The notes below the pieces were generated by a model. That model saw only the letters and a program-made list of their open reading frames with translations, was not told the DNA's origin and did no database searches. A stretch of DNA of 64,000 nt from Vicugna vicugna (lineage: Eukaryota): positions 1 through 64,000 of the forward strand of contig MU058456.1 in assembly GCA_013265495.1 (NCBI GenBank), read 5' to 3'. This document shows, piece after piece, positions 14,077 through 27,899 of the stretch; within the stretch, counting starts at the first letter, position 1; every line of letters starts with the position of its first letter. The translations under genes and the position numbers were made by a program.

Positions 14077-14229
14077 CTTAAATATAAACTGTATTGTTTT
14101 TAAATTATTTTTGGATATTTTGGTTGGCTAAACTAAATGTTTTCTTGTTTAAATAAAACTAAAAATGCTAGCACTCTTCTCTTTTCCTTCAGTTTATAAG
14201 TGTTTCAGGTTTCTCTTTGGAATTAAGCC

Positions 14230-15860
14230 TTTTATTCTGAGATAGCTGTAGAATTATCTGTAATTTTAAGAAATAATACAGTGAGATTTTCCCTTTGAGG
14301 TAGGCAGCATCTTTAAAAAATTTTTTTTTAATTTTTATTTTTTAATGAAGTGTAGTCAGTTTACAGTGTTAGTTTCAGGTGTAAGACAAAATAATTTGGT
14401 TACACATAAACATACATATATATTTTTTCAGTTTCTTTTCTGTTATGACTTGTTATAAGAAACTGAATATAATTCCCTGTGCTATACAGTAGGTCCATGT
14501 TGTTTATCTATTTTATACACAGTAATGTTTATTTGTTAATCCCAAACTCCTAATCTATTCCCCGCCATAACCAGTTTGTTTTCTTTGTCCGTGAGTCCAT
14601 TTCTGGTTTGTAGATGCAGGCAGCATCTCACAGGATTATAGTACAGTATCACAACCAGGCTATTACAATTGATAGTCAATATACAAAATAGTTCCATCAT
14701 CACAAGAATCCCTGTTGTTGCCCTTTTATTACTACTGTACCCATCTCCCTCCCATATTCTCCTCCACCCCCCCCTTATTTTTTTTGTCTTTTCAAAACTA
14801 TGAATGGAATCGTGTAGTATGTAACTTTTGGGATTGGCAAATTGCCTCATTCCCTGGAGATTCATCAGAGTTTTTGTTTATAGTAATAGCTCTTTGATTT
14901 TTATCACTGAATGGTGTTTTACAAGATGGATGTACTGCCAGTTTGTTTAATATTTTCACTTTGAAGGACATCTAGGTTATTTCTGGTTTTTGACTTTTAC
15001 GAATAAAGTTGCTCTGAACATTCTTGTACAGGATTTTGTGTGGAGATATGTTCTCATTTTTCAAGAATAAATGTCTAAGAGTGTAATTGCTGTGTTAGTT
15101 TAATTTTATAAGAAACTATCAGTGTTTTCCAGACTGGCTGTATTGGTTTGCATTATTCTCAGCAGTAGTGTATGAGAGATCAAGTTTTTTTACATCCTTG
15201 CCATCCTTATTTGATGTGTTTATCATGTCTTTCTTACTATTTTTTATTTTAGCCTTTCTTATAGGTATGTAGTCTTAACAGGTATCGTATTTTACTTTGC
15301 ATTTCTGTAATGGCTATAGTGATGTTGAACATCTTTTATGTAGTTTTTTACCATCTGTATGTCTCTTCAGTGCAGTGTCTGTTCATGTCTTTTTTCCATT
15401 TTCTAACTGATTTCTTTTTTTTACTGTTGAATTTTGAGAGTTTTAATGTATTATAGATACTGATTCTTTCTCGATATGTGGTTTGCGAATGCAGTGTCCT
15501 ATAGCTTACCTTTTCATTCTTTTAAACAGGATCTTTTGCAGAGCAAAAGTTTTTAGTTTCATGAAGTGCAATTTTGTCACTTTTTATGGTTTGTGCCTAA
15601 GACTCTTTGCTTACTTACCCATTCTGAAAATTTTCTCTTTGTATTTTTCTGAAAGCTTTATCATTTTACATTCAAATCTGTGGTCTATTTTGAGTCACTT
15701 TTTGTATAAGATGTGAGATTTAGGTCAAGGATTTTTTTTTCAGCCTCTGGATATCCAGTTGCTCCAGCAGTTTCTTGAAAAGAATGTATTCTTCCCCTTT
15801 TGAATTGTTTTGCATCTTTGTTGAAAATCACTTGGAAATATTTGTGTGTATAGACACTTT
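14230..15860 (-). mobile_element. Old L1 (L1MC-like), antisense, interrupted by a younger L1 3' end
   Basis: L1 3' UTR antisense text on both sides of the 14313-14617 insert. Confidence 0.7.
14313..14617 (-). mobile_element. 5'-truncated younger L1 3' end
   Basis: T-rich tail plus ttccctgtgctatacagtaggtcc motif; TSD aggcagcatct at 14302-14312 and 14618-14628. Confidence 0.85.
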
Positions 15861-17294
15861 TTAACATGAGGAAAAGTACAAAACAGAAAATAAATCACAT
15901 GCAGTTACCCCTCTCTGAGATAATTACTGTTAATGCTTGTTGTGTTTCTTTCTAGTTTTTTCTTAAACTTGTATGCCTGAGATTATATACTTATAGTTTA
16001 AAAAAAAGTTGGTCCTAGCTTTCTCCTTTTTATTATGAGCAATTTCCCATTTGTGCATAAAAGACACCATTTTAATGGTTTTATAATGTAGCTCTGTTAC
16101 AGTTTATTATTGATGGAATTTTATACTGTTTCCACCTGTTATTTTTATAGCATAAAACATAATTAAACAGATTCTTGATTTATACTTGATAAATTAATTT
16201 AGACCTACTTATGTGGAATATAGATAGCATTTACCTTAAAAAGACAAAACAAAAATTCTGCTTTGCTTTTTAACCTGCTATCTTCTGCCATGCATTGGAG
16301 TATTTACTAACATTGGGCACTTTCTTAGAGTGTTTATTCCTTTGATTGTATACAAGGTGAAGAGGTTTCAGTGTATCAGTTTATGGAGTGCAGGTTTTTC
16401 TTGCACTACAGTGTCTCACCTATATATAGTCTGCTTACCACGTAGGAGCAAGGATTTGAGGCGGATTTCTGGAGGATAATATAGAATCTGGATTCTGTTC
16501 CTTTCTAGCTTTAGAAGTTATTTATAACAACATTTAAGCACCTACTTTGTGCTAAGAGCTATTCTAGGCTCGGGAGACGACAAGGAACAAATATATGAAG
16601 CCCTATTTAAATTATATTCCTCATCTTTGAGTAGCTCTACCTTTAATCTGGTAAACAGATAACCTGAGGCACGTAGGTGTTCTCTTGCCAGGATTTGTTG
16701 TGTCATTCAGCCTCTTATGCAGTCCATTTGCTGTATAACTTAAGCATTTTAGGGGTCTGTTTGGAGAGCTTGTCAAATGATAATTCAAGGGCAACCTTGA
16801 ATTTTTTTTTCTTTTCTTTTTTCACCATATGACAGAATTATTTATTAAGATCCCTGTGTGTTCAATTTGATTTTGTTTTTCACTATTCTTAAAAATAACA
16901 TTTGAGGTGACTTCTGATAGGATGTGAGTACTGGTTAATAGAAATAGGAGAATCAGATCCAATGAAAACAGTGAGGAAATAAATAACTTTAAAGTAATTT
17001 AACATTATTGCTGTGGTAGAACATCAGATTTAGCTAAGCTTCCTGGGAGCCAAGGTTCTCATTACCGTAAACAAAGAAATATGTCACAAGTTCTCCAAGA
17101 GAGACAAAAGATTTTCTTTACATTAAATTCTAATTGATTTCTAAGATGTGAATTCCCTTATGTAAGAGCTATTGAGTAATGAATGGACAGTGTTGTTGAC
17201 AACAATTTAACAACACATTCTGTAGCTCTCAGGCTCTTTTTAATATATACACATACACACAGACATACGTGTGTGTGTATATATTATACAGACA

Positions 17295-17442
17295 CACACA
17301 GAGAACTCTGTAAACCCAACAATAAGAAAACAAACAATCCAATCAAAAAAACTGGCCAAAGATTTCAACATTCTCACCTCACCAAAGAAGATATACAGGT
17401 GGCAAATAAACATATGAAAAGATGTACCACATCATGTCATCA
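17295..17442 (+). mobile_element. L1 ORF2 3' fragment, sense
   Basis: Translates ...NNKKTNNPIKK...HLTKEDIQVANKHMKRCTTS, a recognisable L1 ORF2 C-terminal segment. Confidence 0.8.
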
Positions 17443-19333
17443 CATAAAAATATACACATATTTAATAAAAAGAATATAATACACCGAAAAACTCAGCAAA
17501 AATGGATCTAGGCTAATGTGCTTCAAAATTAATAGATTTTTGTGTGTGTGTTTTCAGTTTTGGTACTCTAACTTGATCTGAGGGTTAAAATAGACATGGA
17601 TGGAAACAGTATTTTGTATACCCTGTTAACCATCATTGTTCTAATATGGACTTTGGCAAGCTGAGTAGCAGACAATTTCAGGATTTCACTTTCTAGTGAA
17701 AGAATTGCATATCAGAATTCTCTTTTGCTTACTGATGCTCTGAAAATCAGTTGAGGAAATGGTATGTTTATCATCATATTAAGAACGTTGATAAGTATTT
17801 ATTTATGTCTGACTAGATGGCCATTTCTTCTCTGCAGGGGGTACTTGCTGTTGTAAAGCTTGTAGTTGCCTCAGGAGATGGATTTAGAGCTACTTCTGGC
17901 ACCTAATGTAAAAGCTTTACTGAGACCACTAAAACACCAAAGCATATGATGCACATGATTTTGGCTTAATGGATTTTTAAGATTTCCAATAGTATAACCA
18001 ATCACGTCTGCTATTAGAAAAAAAATCCTCGTAATCTCAAGAAATTTCAAGTTTTGGGCAGCGTAGTGTCCCAGTTTGCTTGACTGATTAAGCTTTTAAA
18101 AAGAGAAAATTTTTCAGGTAATTGAAAGAGGTGACTTAGAGTGAGGTATTACTTAACACCAGGGGTTGCCTGTTGGAATACGAGTACTGCTGACATACTG
18201 TAATTCTTCAGCTAATGTACAGCCATTCTTTTTTCATAATAAGTAGAATTTCAGGACTAGTTGTTCTTTTTTAAAATAGATTTGATCTTTCAGAGCATAT
18301 TTAGATTCACAGCAAAGTTGAGCGTAAGATACAGATTACTGTAGACCCCTTGTTGCTACACATGCATAGTCTCTCCTATCATCACCATCCCTCACCAGAG
18401 TGGTGCATTTGATACAGTTAGTGAACCTACATTGACACGTAATGATCACCCAAGTCCTTAGTTTATTTTTAGGTTCACTCTTGGTGTTGTACATTCTGTG
18501 GATTTGGACAAATGTGTAATGACATGTATTCATCATTATAGCGTCATACAGAGTAGTTTCGCTGCCCTAAGAATCCTCTGTGTTCTGCCTTTTCATCTTC
18601 TTCCTATCCCCAACTACTGGAAACGTCTGATCTATTCACTATTTCCATAGTTTTGCCTTTTCTGGAATGTCTTGTAGTTGGAATCATATTTGAGTTTGTG
18701 TGTAGTCTTTTCAGGCTTCTGCTTTGCAGATTGCATTTAAGATTCCCGTATGGCTTGATAACACACTTCTTACCTCTGACTAATCCATTGTCTGGATGTA
18801 CCACAGTTTATTTATCCATTCACCTACTGAAGGACTTGGTTGCTTTCAAGTAATAGCAGTGATGAGTAAAGCTGCTATAAAACTCCATGTGCAGGTTTTT
18901 TTGTGGTCATGAATTTCCAACTCTTTTGGATAAATACTAAAGAGCATGATTGCTGGATTGTATGGTAAGAGTATATTTAGTTTTGTAAGATACTGCCAAG
19001 CTGTCTTCCAGAGTGGCTGTACCACTTTGCATTTTCATCACCATTGAATGAGTTTCACATTCTCACCAGCATTTGGTGTTGTCAGAGATCCAGGTTTTGG
19101 TTATTCTGATAGGTTTACGGTGGTATCTAGTTTTAATTTACATTTCCCTGATGACATATGATGTGGAGCATCTTTTCATATGCTTATTTGCCATCTGTAT
19201 ATCTTTTTTGGTGAGGTGAAAGTGTTAAGATCTTTGGCCAATATTTTAATTGGATTGTTTTCTTATTGTTGAGTTTTCAGTTCTTTGTGTATTTTGGATA
19301 GCAGTCCTTTATCAGATGTGTCTTTTGCAAATG

Positions 19334-21031
19334 CAGTCCTCCCAGTATCTATGGGGCAGCTGATTCCAGGACCTTCCCCTGCTCCAAGGTCCCCAAATCT
19401 GAGGATGCTCAGTTCCTCCTGTAAAATGTCATAGTTTTTGCATAAAACCAAGGCACATCTGCCCCATATACTTTAAATCATCTTGGATTACTTATAATAC
19501 CTAATAAAATGTAAATGCTGTGTAAGTAATTGCCAGCTTGCAGCAGATCCAAGTTTTGCTTTTTGGAAATTACTGGAACTTTTTTTCAAATTTGTTTGTT
19601 TATTTATTTATTTATTTACATATGTACAGTTACAATGTGTCATTTTTTGGTGTGCAGCACAATGTCCCAGTCATGGATATATATACTTAATATTCATTTT
19701 CATATTCTTCTTCGTTAAAGGCTATTTTACAATATTCAGCATAGTTCCCTGTGCTATACAAAAGAAACTTTAAAAAAATCTATTTTTATATATAATGGCT
19801 AACATTTGTAAACATCAAACTCCCAGATTTGTCCCTTCCCACCCCCTTACCCCAGTAACCATAAGATTGTTTACTATGTCTGTGAGTGTTTGTTTTGTAG
19901 ATGAGTTAATAGTGTCCTTTTTTTATTCTTTATTTTTTTAGATTCCACATTTGAGTGATATATGGTATTTTTCTTTCTCTTTCTGGCTTACTTCACTTAG
20001 AATGATGATCTCTAGGTCCATCCATGTTGCTGAAGAAGGCATTATTTTATTCTTTTTATGGCTGAGTAGTATTCCACTGTATACGTATACCACAACTTTA
20101 TCCAGTCATCTGTTGGTAGACATTTAGGTTATTTCTGTGTCTTGGCTATTGTATATAGTGCTGCTGTGAACACTGGGGTGCATGTATCTTTTTGAATTAG
20201 TGTTCCCACCAGATAAATACCCAGAAGTGGAATTGTTGGATCATATGGTAAGTCTGTTTTTAGTTTTTTAAGGAATCTTCATACTGTTTTCCATAATGGC
20301 TGTACCAAACTACATTCTCACCCACAGTGTAGGAGTGTTCCCTTTCTTCCACACCCTCTCCATCATTTATCGTTCTTGGACTTCTGAATGATAGCCATTC
20401 TGACTGGTGTAAGGTAATACCTCATTATAGTTTTGATATGCATTTCTCTGATAATTAGTGGTATTAAGCATTTTCTCATGCACCTATTGGCCATTCATAT
20501 GTCTTCATTGGAGAATTGCTTGTTTAGGTCTTCTGCCCATTTTTGGATTGAGTTTTTTTTTCTTATTAAGGCGTATGAGCTGTTTATATATTCTGGAAAT
20601 CAAGCCCTTGTCAGTCTCATCTTTTGCAAATATTTTGTCCTATTCCGTAGGTTGTCATTTTGTTTTGCTTAGGGTTTCCTTTGCTGTGCAGAAGCTTGTA
20701 AGTTTAATTAGGTCCAATTTGTTTATTTTTGCTCCTATTCCTATTGACTGGGTTGACTGCCCTAGAAGAACATTGCTAAGATTTATGTCCGAGAATGTTT
20801 TGCCTATGTTTTTTTCTCGGAGATTTATCGTGTCTTGTCTTACATTATATCATTAAGCCATTTTGAGTTATTTTTGTGTATGGAGTGAGGAAGTGTTCTA
20901 ACTTCATTGATTACCATGCTGCTGTCCACTTTTCCCAATACCGCTTGAAGTGGCTGTCTTTTTTTCAAATATTTTTTATTGTGTTGGTTGAATCCGAGGT
21001 TACAGAACCCGTGGATATGGAGGGCCAGCTG
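19334..21031. mobile_element. MER2-like Tigger-family MITE (parts 19334-19591 and 20959-21031)
   Basis: Ends CAGTCCTCCCAGTATC and GGATATGGAGGGCCAGCTG followed by TA; MER2-like internal AT-rich motif. Confidence 0.8.
19592..20958 (-). mobile_element. Younger L1, 5'-truncated (~1.4 kb of 3' end), antisense
   Basis: Begins with a T-rich tail; well-preserved L1 3' UTR/ORF2 end; TSD tttttttcaaat at 19580-19591 and 20959-20970. Confidence 0.9.
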
Positions 21032-22987
21032 TATTTTCTGCCAGTCTATTGCTTGTTTCTCATTCTCCTGACATTGTCTTTTGCACAGCAGGTTTATGAT
21101 TTTAGTGGAGTCCAGCTTATCAATTATTTCTTTCATGGATTGTGCCTTTGATGTTGTGTCTAAAACATAATCACCATATCCAAGCTCATCTAGGTTTTCT
21201 CCTATGTTATCTCTAGGAGTTTTATAGTTTTTTGTATTTTATGTTTAGGCCTATGATCCATTTTGAGTTAATTTTTATGACAGATATAAGGTCTGTGTCT
21301 AGGTTTATATTTTTAGCTGTGATTGATTGTTCTGGCACCATTCATTAAAACAACTGTCTTTGCTCCATTGTATTGCCTTAAAGGCTATATTTTTTAAATT
21401 GCATGGAGGTAATATTTTATGGATTTGTGATCATCTTTTCTCAGAGAAGGTAGGGGTCATTGTGAATTGGGAAGTTATACTAAAGGTGTCTGCTATGTTT
21501 TTTTTTTTCCTATCACCCATTTTGGTATAGACAGAATATCTGTATTGAAATTTTAGAACTGTTTCCACCCATAGGCCATGGGGTTTTATTGCAAAAGACT
21601 CTCAAACTCATATGCATATAAATGTTTTCTCAACAGAAATATTGAAAGTGTAATTATTATCATGTTGGCCCTTGACACTTTTGGATCTAAGTTGTCCTGA
21701 TATTCATTGAGAGTCATTGCTAGTATGGAACACTGTTATACCAGTCTTAAGACTTGCCTCTTATTTGTCCTGTTACCTTTGTTTATACTTAAATGTGTAT
21801 GTAATACCTAATTTAGATGGAGTCAGAGTTCAGTATGTGAATGAACTTGATATAAAGCACTTGGCAGTTTTTAGCTGCTCTAACATTTTACCACTTTCTT
21901 TTCTACAGAGAATTTTAAAGAAATTTATTTTTAAAAAGTACTTGCAACAGTAACATTTGAAAAATCAAGGCTAATTCCACACATTATGAATTAGGTAAGC
22001 CCAGGAGGCTTTAAGTTTAGGTGGGATGTTTAGTAGTAGAAGAAGCTTAACATTTTGTTTTTCTTTGTTTTTCTCTACATATGTGATGCTGTTTTAGTTA
22101 AAAATTAAATGTCTTTATCTCTAAAGGATTTTGGAGGTGACTAAATAGAATTATAAATAATATAGCTAAAATATTAATCTGAATCCTACTAAAAGTGATA
22201 CTTCGTAATACATAAAGACTTTAATCAAGTGGTGGTATTATGTTTAAGCTTTACTTATAATTGTTAATAATAACTTTTAAAATCCTTTTGTAACAAGGCA
22301 TTGAGACTGATCTGGTTTTCTTTAGAATGTTTGTGATGTTTATAATCATGCTTAGGCTAAGTTAACCTCAAAACAAACACATTAGTTTTACAGTAACATA
22401 GCAATTTCAACCTGGCCTCTCGTTTGTGTGGTTTTTGGTTTTTTGTTTTGTTTGTTTGCTGATTTCTAACTTTTTCTCATCTTTGCTCATGGTTTCTTCC
22501 GTATAGCTTCTTTTCTCATGAACTTAGGAAAAAATATAAAGAAATTCACCTTAAGAAATCAGGGCCTTGTCTTCACGAGGTAGATTTGCGTTTTAATAGA
22601 GGTTGTTTGGAGAGGGTCCAAAATAAATAGCTAATGGTGGAATTTCAAGCACTATGGCACTTGTGTCCAGGATTTGCAAATCAGGTCATGCTTTTCAACA
22701 GGTTTGGCTCAGTTTCTAGGGCAGTGTACACACTGCATAAAAACATTTTATTTATAGACAACTTCATTTAAAACACCACTGAAAGAACCAAAGAAATAAT
22801 TAGCATATTGAAGTGTCAGGTGGAAAGAACGAATCTGTAGTAAGCTATAAGGCCTCACCTGAGCAAAGGTCCTTTGACTCAGTGAAGTTGTAAATTGGGA
22901 TTGGATTGTGGAGTTTGGGGTGTAAGTAACTTAAAATATTTTAAGTTTTTAAATGGAAAAGAAATGTAGTAAAATAATTTTAAGTAA

Positions 22988-23136
22988 GGGGGAAGGATAC
23001 AGCTCAGGTGGTAGAGCACATGCTTAGCATGCACAAGGTCCTGGGTTCAATCCCCAGTACCTCCATTAAAAAAATAATAAATAATTACCTCCCCTGTAAA
23101 AAAAAAAAAGCATACTGTTTAGTGAGAAAGAAAAAG
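22988..23136 (+). mobile_element. tRNA-derived SINE (Vic-1-like) with 3' extension
   Basis: A and B boxes present; TSD ataattttaagtaa at 22974-22987 and 23137-23150. Confidence 0.9.
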
Positions 23137-23254
23137 ATAATTTTAAGTAAAAAGTCAGGTGCCAACTGAACAGGATTAGGAAATCGGTTTGGAATCTATT
23201 GTGTTCACCATAGGGGTATTAACTAGTGTCCTGGTCGTTTTCTTATTTTCTTCT

Positions 23255-24415
23255 TTAAGATATTTTTCAGTCAAGCTATAGTTCACACATAGAAAAATTC
23301 ACCTGTTTAAAGTGTACAGTCCAGTTTTTTTTGTACATTTACAAGGCTCTGCAACCATCATCATCTAATTCCAAAAAAATCTTATCACCCCCCCAAAACC
23401 CCATACTCATTAGCAGTCACTCCTGTTCCCCACTGCCCCTTGACCCTGGCAACCACTAATCTACTTTCTGTTTCTATAAATTTCAAGACATTTCATAAAA
23501 ATGGAATCATCATTTGGCCTTTTGTATCTGGCTTCTTTACTATAGCATGTTTTCAAGTTCTTTCATGTTGTATCATGTTACAGTAGTTTCTCTCTTTTTT
23601 TATAGCTGAATAATACATATTTTATTATATAGATGTAAAACATTTTGTCCATCCATTCATTAGTTGATGGATATTAGATTGTTTCCACTTTTTGGCCACT
23701 GTGGATCATGCTTCTAAGAACATTAGTTAGAAGTTTTTCTGAAAGCAGTTGTTTTCGGTCTTCTTGTTTATATACCTGGAAGTGGAATTGTTGAGTCCTG
23801 TGGTAACTATGTTTAATTTTGGGGAGGAACTGCCAAATTGTTTTCCAAAAGTGACTACACCAGTTTTACATTTACATCTGCAATGTATGAGGGTTCCAGT
23901 TTCTCCACATTTGTCCCAGTACCTGTTTTTTTAGTATAGCCATCCCTAGTTGGTGTAAAATTTTTCTCTTTGTGGTTTTATTTCCTTTTTTTTTAAATTG
24001 AAGTATAGTTGATTTACAGTATTAGTTTCTGGTGTAAAGCAAATAATTCTGTTGCACACACATATATTTATTCTTTTTCATGTTCTTTTCCATTACGGGT
24101 TATTACAAGATATTGAATATAGTTCCCTGTGCTATACAGTAGGTCCTTGTTGTTTTCTTTGTGGTTTTGATTTATATTTCTCTAATGACTAATGATAATG
24201 AGCAGCTTTTTATATGCTTATTTGCCATTAGTATATCTTTGGAGAAATGCCTATTTAAATCCTTTGCCAGTTATTAAGTTTTGTTATTTGTCTTTTTATT
24301 GTTGAGTTCTCAGAGTTCTTTTTATATTCTGGATACAAGTCCCTTATCAAATATATGATTTACAAATACTTCCTTCCATTCTGTGAGTTATCTTTTTCAC
24401 ATTCTTGATAGCGCT
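23255..24415 (-). mobile_element. L1MB-like element, antisense, with a nested younger L1 3' end (~23984-24155)
   Basis: L1 3' UTR text; the nested piece is flanked by duplicated ctttgtggtttt. Confidence 0.75.
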
Positions 24416-25869
24416 GATATTCGTTCTAATCTTCATAGGAACATCTAGTATTTTATTTTCTTGAACATGATGCTGATGGTGGCTTTTTATTGAAGAAATA
24501 ACCTGTTTCTAGTTTATTAAAATTCTTGTCAAGAGTGAATGTTGTCTTTTATTAGATTCCCTTTTGACCTTGTCAGCAAGATCCATCTCCCTCCCCCCAT
24601 TCTTTTCCATCTGCTTGTTTGATATACTCTTAATAGATATTTCTTGTGTCTGTTAATCTTGGCATTCCTAGAATTGACTCTCTTTAGTCATGTTTAGTAG
24701 TATACTACTGTATTTGAGTTTATTCTGTATAACTTAGGATTTTTTGAAGTATCCTTCAACATGAATAGTATATGGATACTTTATGCTAACTTTGATAGGT
24801 GTTGGTATCAGTTATATTGAATTTATTAACATGAATTGGGAAGTTTTCCGTATTTCTTAGGAGTCCTGAACCTTGTGATCAAATTTCATTCGTTGTAAGT
24901 TTGCAAGTGCTCAGATGCTTAGTGTCTTTCAAAGAAGTAATTTATTGATAAACCTTTAAACTTCACCAATGATTTTCAATGTCTTGAGACAGTTTTTAAG
25001 TTTATACTTATATAAAAAATCATGCAAAAGTTAAAACACATCACTATATATTTGAACAGAATTTTTTTTAAATGCCTGTTTGTTTTGCTATATGGTGTAT
25101 AAAGGTCTATATTTACTCCCAAATACAAAAATAGTTTTTATCTGTGCTGTAAAGTTCCCATTCTGATTCCTGCTGGTGTTTTATATCTTTATAATTACTG
25201 GGAAATTCTTCATGTTTATATGCTTCTAGTCCCACCAAAAAGAGAACCAGCTCTTGGATTCATTTGCCATTTTACTCCTTTTTCTAAATCATTAATTACT
25301 GCTTTCCCCTTTAATTCCCTTCATTAAATGAAGACATAGAACAAGGAGTTGGATATGCAAATTTGGGGTTAATGTGAGCGGTCCAGTCTTCAGTGCAGCA
25401 GGTCATTCTGGTGTCTAGCATCACAACCTCTTGGCTTACTTCTAATTTTAACCCTTGGTTAAAAGAAACAGTACCATGAGAGCTCAGAGTCACCTCAGGC
25501 TGACCTTCTTAGTGGAAGTGAGCCCCAGTGATTTCTTTGCTGTGGGAGGCCATCTAGACCAGAAAGCAAGCATGGGCTGGTAGTGAGGAAAAGCTAATGT
25601 CCATAGAGGCAGTCCTTAATCAGTGGGAGACCTGAGCAGATGGATGACAGCTTGCCTCTTATACTATAGGCAGATAATTCTGAGACCTCTTGTATGCTTC
25701 TCAGGGAGTCTTGTGTGCTTCTCAGGGAGTTTGAGTAGAATGAGTCCCCTGTTTTCCTTAGGGATGACTTATATTGACCTTTCCTTCATATTTCAAAATC
25801 TTCCTGCTCCCTCAGGTCATTCCTACCTGCACACAAGTCCTTACTTCAGCCTTTGTTTTTAGGGTAACT

Positions 25870-26380
25870 CAAACTAAGGTAGGTGTCATTAGAGTACTTA
25901 GTATTTACAGAATTGATAATATTTCAAGACTTGAAACTGGTGATCACCAAGGGTTTGAGTGTAGATAGAGAAGAGGGCCAGCGTCTGTGTTTTCTGTCAC
26001 TATGGTCTGTTGAGGTGGCATAAACTGGAACAAATGGCAAAGGAGGCTGACATGTGACCAGTACTGTAGGGACAAAATTAGGCGGATGTCGTGTCCTGGA
26101 AGCTAAGTGAAGAAAATGGATAAAATAGTGGTGAGTGATGCTACTGGTAAGTCAAGTGCGATGTGAACTTACAGTTGTCTGTTGGATTTGGTAATAATGT
26201 AGGCCATTAATGACCTAGGAAGAATAGTTTCCATTGAAGTGGTGGGGACAAAAGTGTGACTAGAGTGGGTTTGAGAACAATTAATGAAATAACCTAAGAC
26301 AATGTATATAGACAACTTGTTTGGAATCTTGCAGAGATTGTTACCTGGAGAGATATCTTCAGGAGAGGTCCTTTTTAAGA
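25870..26380 (-). mobile_element. L2 LINE fragment
   Basis: gatcaccaaggg..gagtgtagatagagaagagggcc and ttggatttgg..aatgacct..gaagtggtgggg resemble L2 antisense text. Confidence 0.65.
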
Positions 26381-27899
26381 TAGGAGGAAAAATACACCTG
26401 CTTGGTTTGGCATGCTGCATATGGTCAAAATCAGTTGTTCCTTAGACTATTTTAGAGGAAAACTAAGATTCTCTTTGGTTTCTTGACCATCTTCTTCTGT
26501 TCCCATCAAGGTTCCCCCAGATCATGTGTAATGAGTTCAAGGAGGAAAAGAAGTTGTTACAAATATTAGCAGAAACTAGGAAGATTGGGAGTTACTCTGG
26601 CGCAGAGATGAATACTCGGAAGTAAAGAGAAATAAGGGAATACACATAAGAAGGTTCATCCTGCCATGGAACTGTGTTATGGGAATAGTTTCCAATCCAG
26701 TCAAGACTGTATGAGAACGTGTTTCTAGGTTTGAAATAATACCAAGATTTAATTTCCCTACCATATTAAGCACCATCATTGTGAATATACGTTGTGATAC
26801 ATATTGCCACAAATGTCTCTTGGCACAGCTTTTACTGACCTTTGTTGAAAATAACAGAACCAACTATGTGTTAGAAAAAGTTGAAATTTACTCATAGACT
26901 TTCAGTATTCCTTTTTGGCACAATTTCACCTTCCCTAAGATTGGTTGTGTGCCATATTGAGCTGTTTTCCTTCCTCATTCTCCCTCTGCTTCTTCCCTCT
27001 GATTATAGAATGATCTAATGTTAGGCCTTCAGAGTTAAGTAAACCAGTTCTATCTAGGACTAGATAGAGTTAAGTAAACTAGTTCTATATTGTTTGCATT
27101 TGTAGACTTATTTCTTATTGTGGCATGGTTTTTCTCTGTAAAAATAATTAGGCCCGCTTTTTGTTCCATAAATTGTCACTCCTCCTAAACTAAGATGGAG
27201 AACTGTCAAGATTTTTTTTGTCTACCTTGACCAAATTTTCTTCATAGAGGGATGAGTCAGACTGGTTATCTTCCATGGGATTATCTTTTCTATAAACAAC
27301 CTTTTCATCGACACTGGAAATCTCCTGATATTTCTCGTTAGCATATAGGAGACCTGTTCAAAATAAGAAAAACCTGTAAAAGATAAAAATCACATTAAAA
27401 AAAAAGTTAGCAAAAAATCAGTGGAATCAAGGAATCCTAAGTGAACTGATTTCCAGAGATACATGAACGTCTCATAGTTGAGCCAAGAGTGTGGCAGTTT
27501 CCCTGTGTGGTTTCAGTATAGGATGGAGAAGCAGGACTTGCTATAAATAGAAAGACGGAAAGGATGAAGATAAATCATTCAGTCTTCAAATGACAGCGTG
27601 GACTGTGGGGAAGGGATGGGAATCTGACAGAACCGCAAAGGAAGAATGAAATCATTAAGCCTGACAATTTTATCCACGTTGAACTTTGCCATAAAGAGCA
27701 GTAGGGGAGGAGTTGAAAAACCTAGAGAAATGTATAGTCCTGCAAATTCTAATGGTTCAAATTATGGGACCTTGCTGAAGTTGAATCTAAAGGTAAACCA
27801 AACCAAAAATATCTGGAACTGTAACACAATTCTTCCTATCTCACATTTTGACAAGATCAAAAAGATATGGCTGTGGTTGAGGATGGGAAGATGGGAGCT

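Larger units (their letters stand above)
18270..21380 (-). mobile_element. L1MC-like element, antisense, split by the MER2/L1 nest (host parts 18270-19333 and 21032-21380)
   Basis: L1 text ...gtcttttgcaaat resumes as ttttctgccagtct... across the insert. Confidence 0.8.

Noticed and set aside
20433..21151. Cluster of 79-132 aa ORFs
   Set aside because: Mostly antisense readings of L1 sequence; the one minus-strand ORF is a decayed L1/MER2 chimera.
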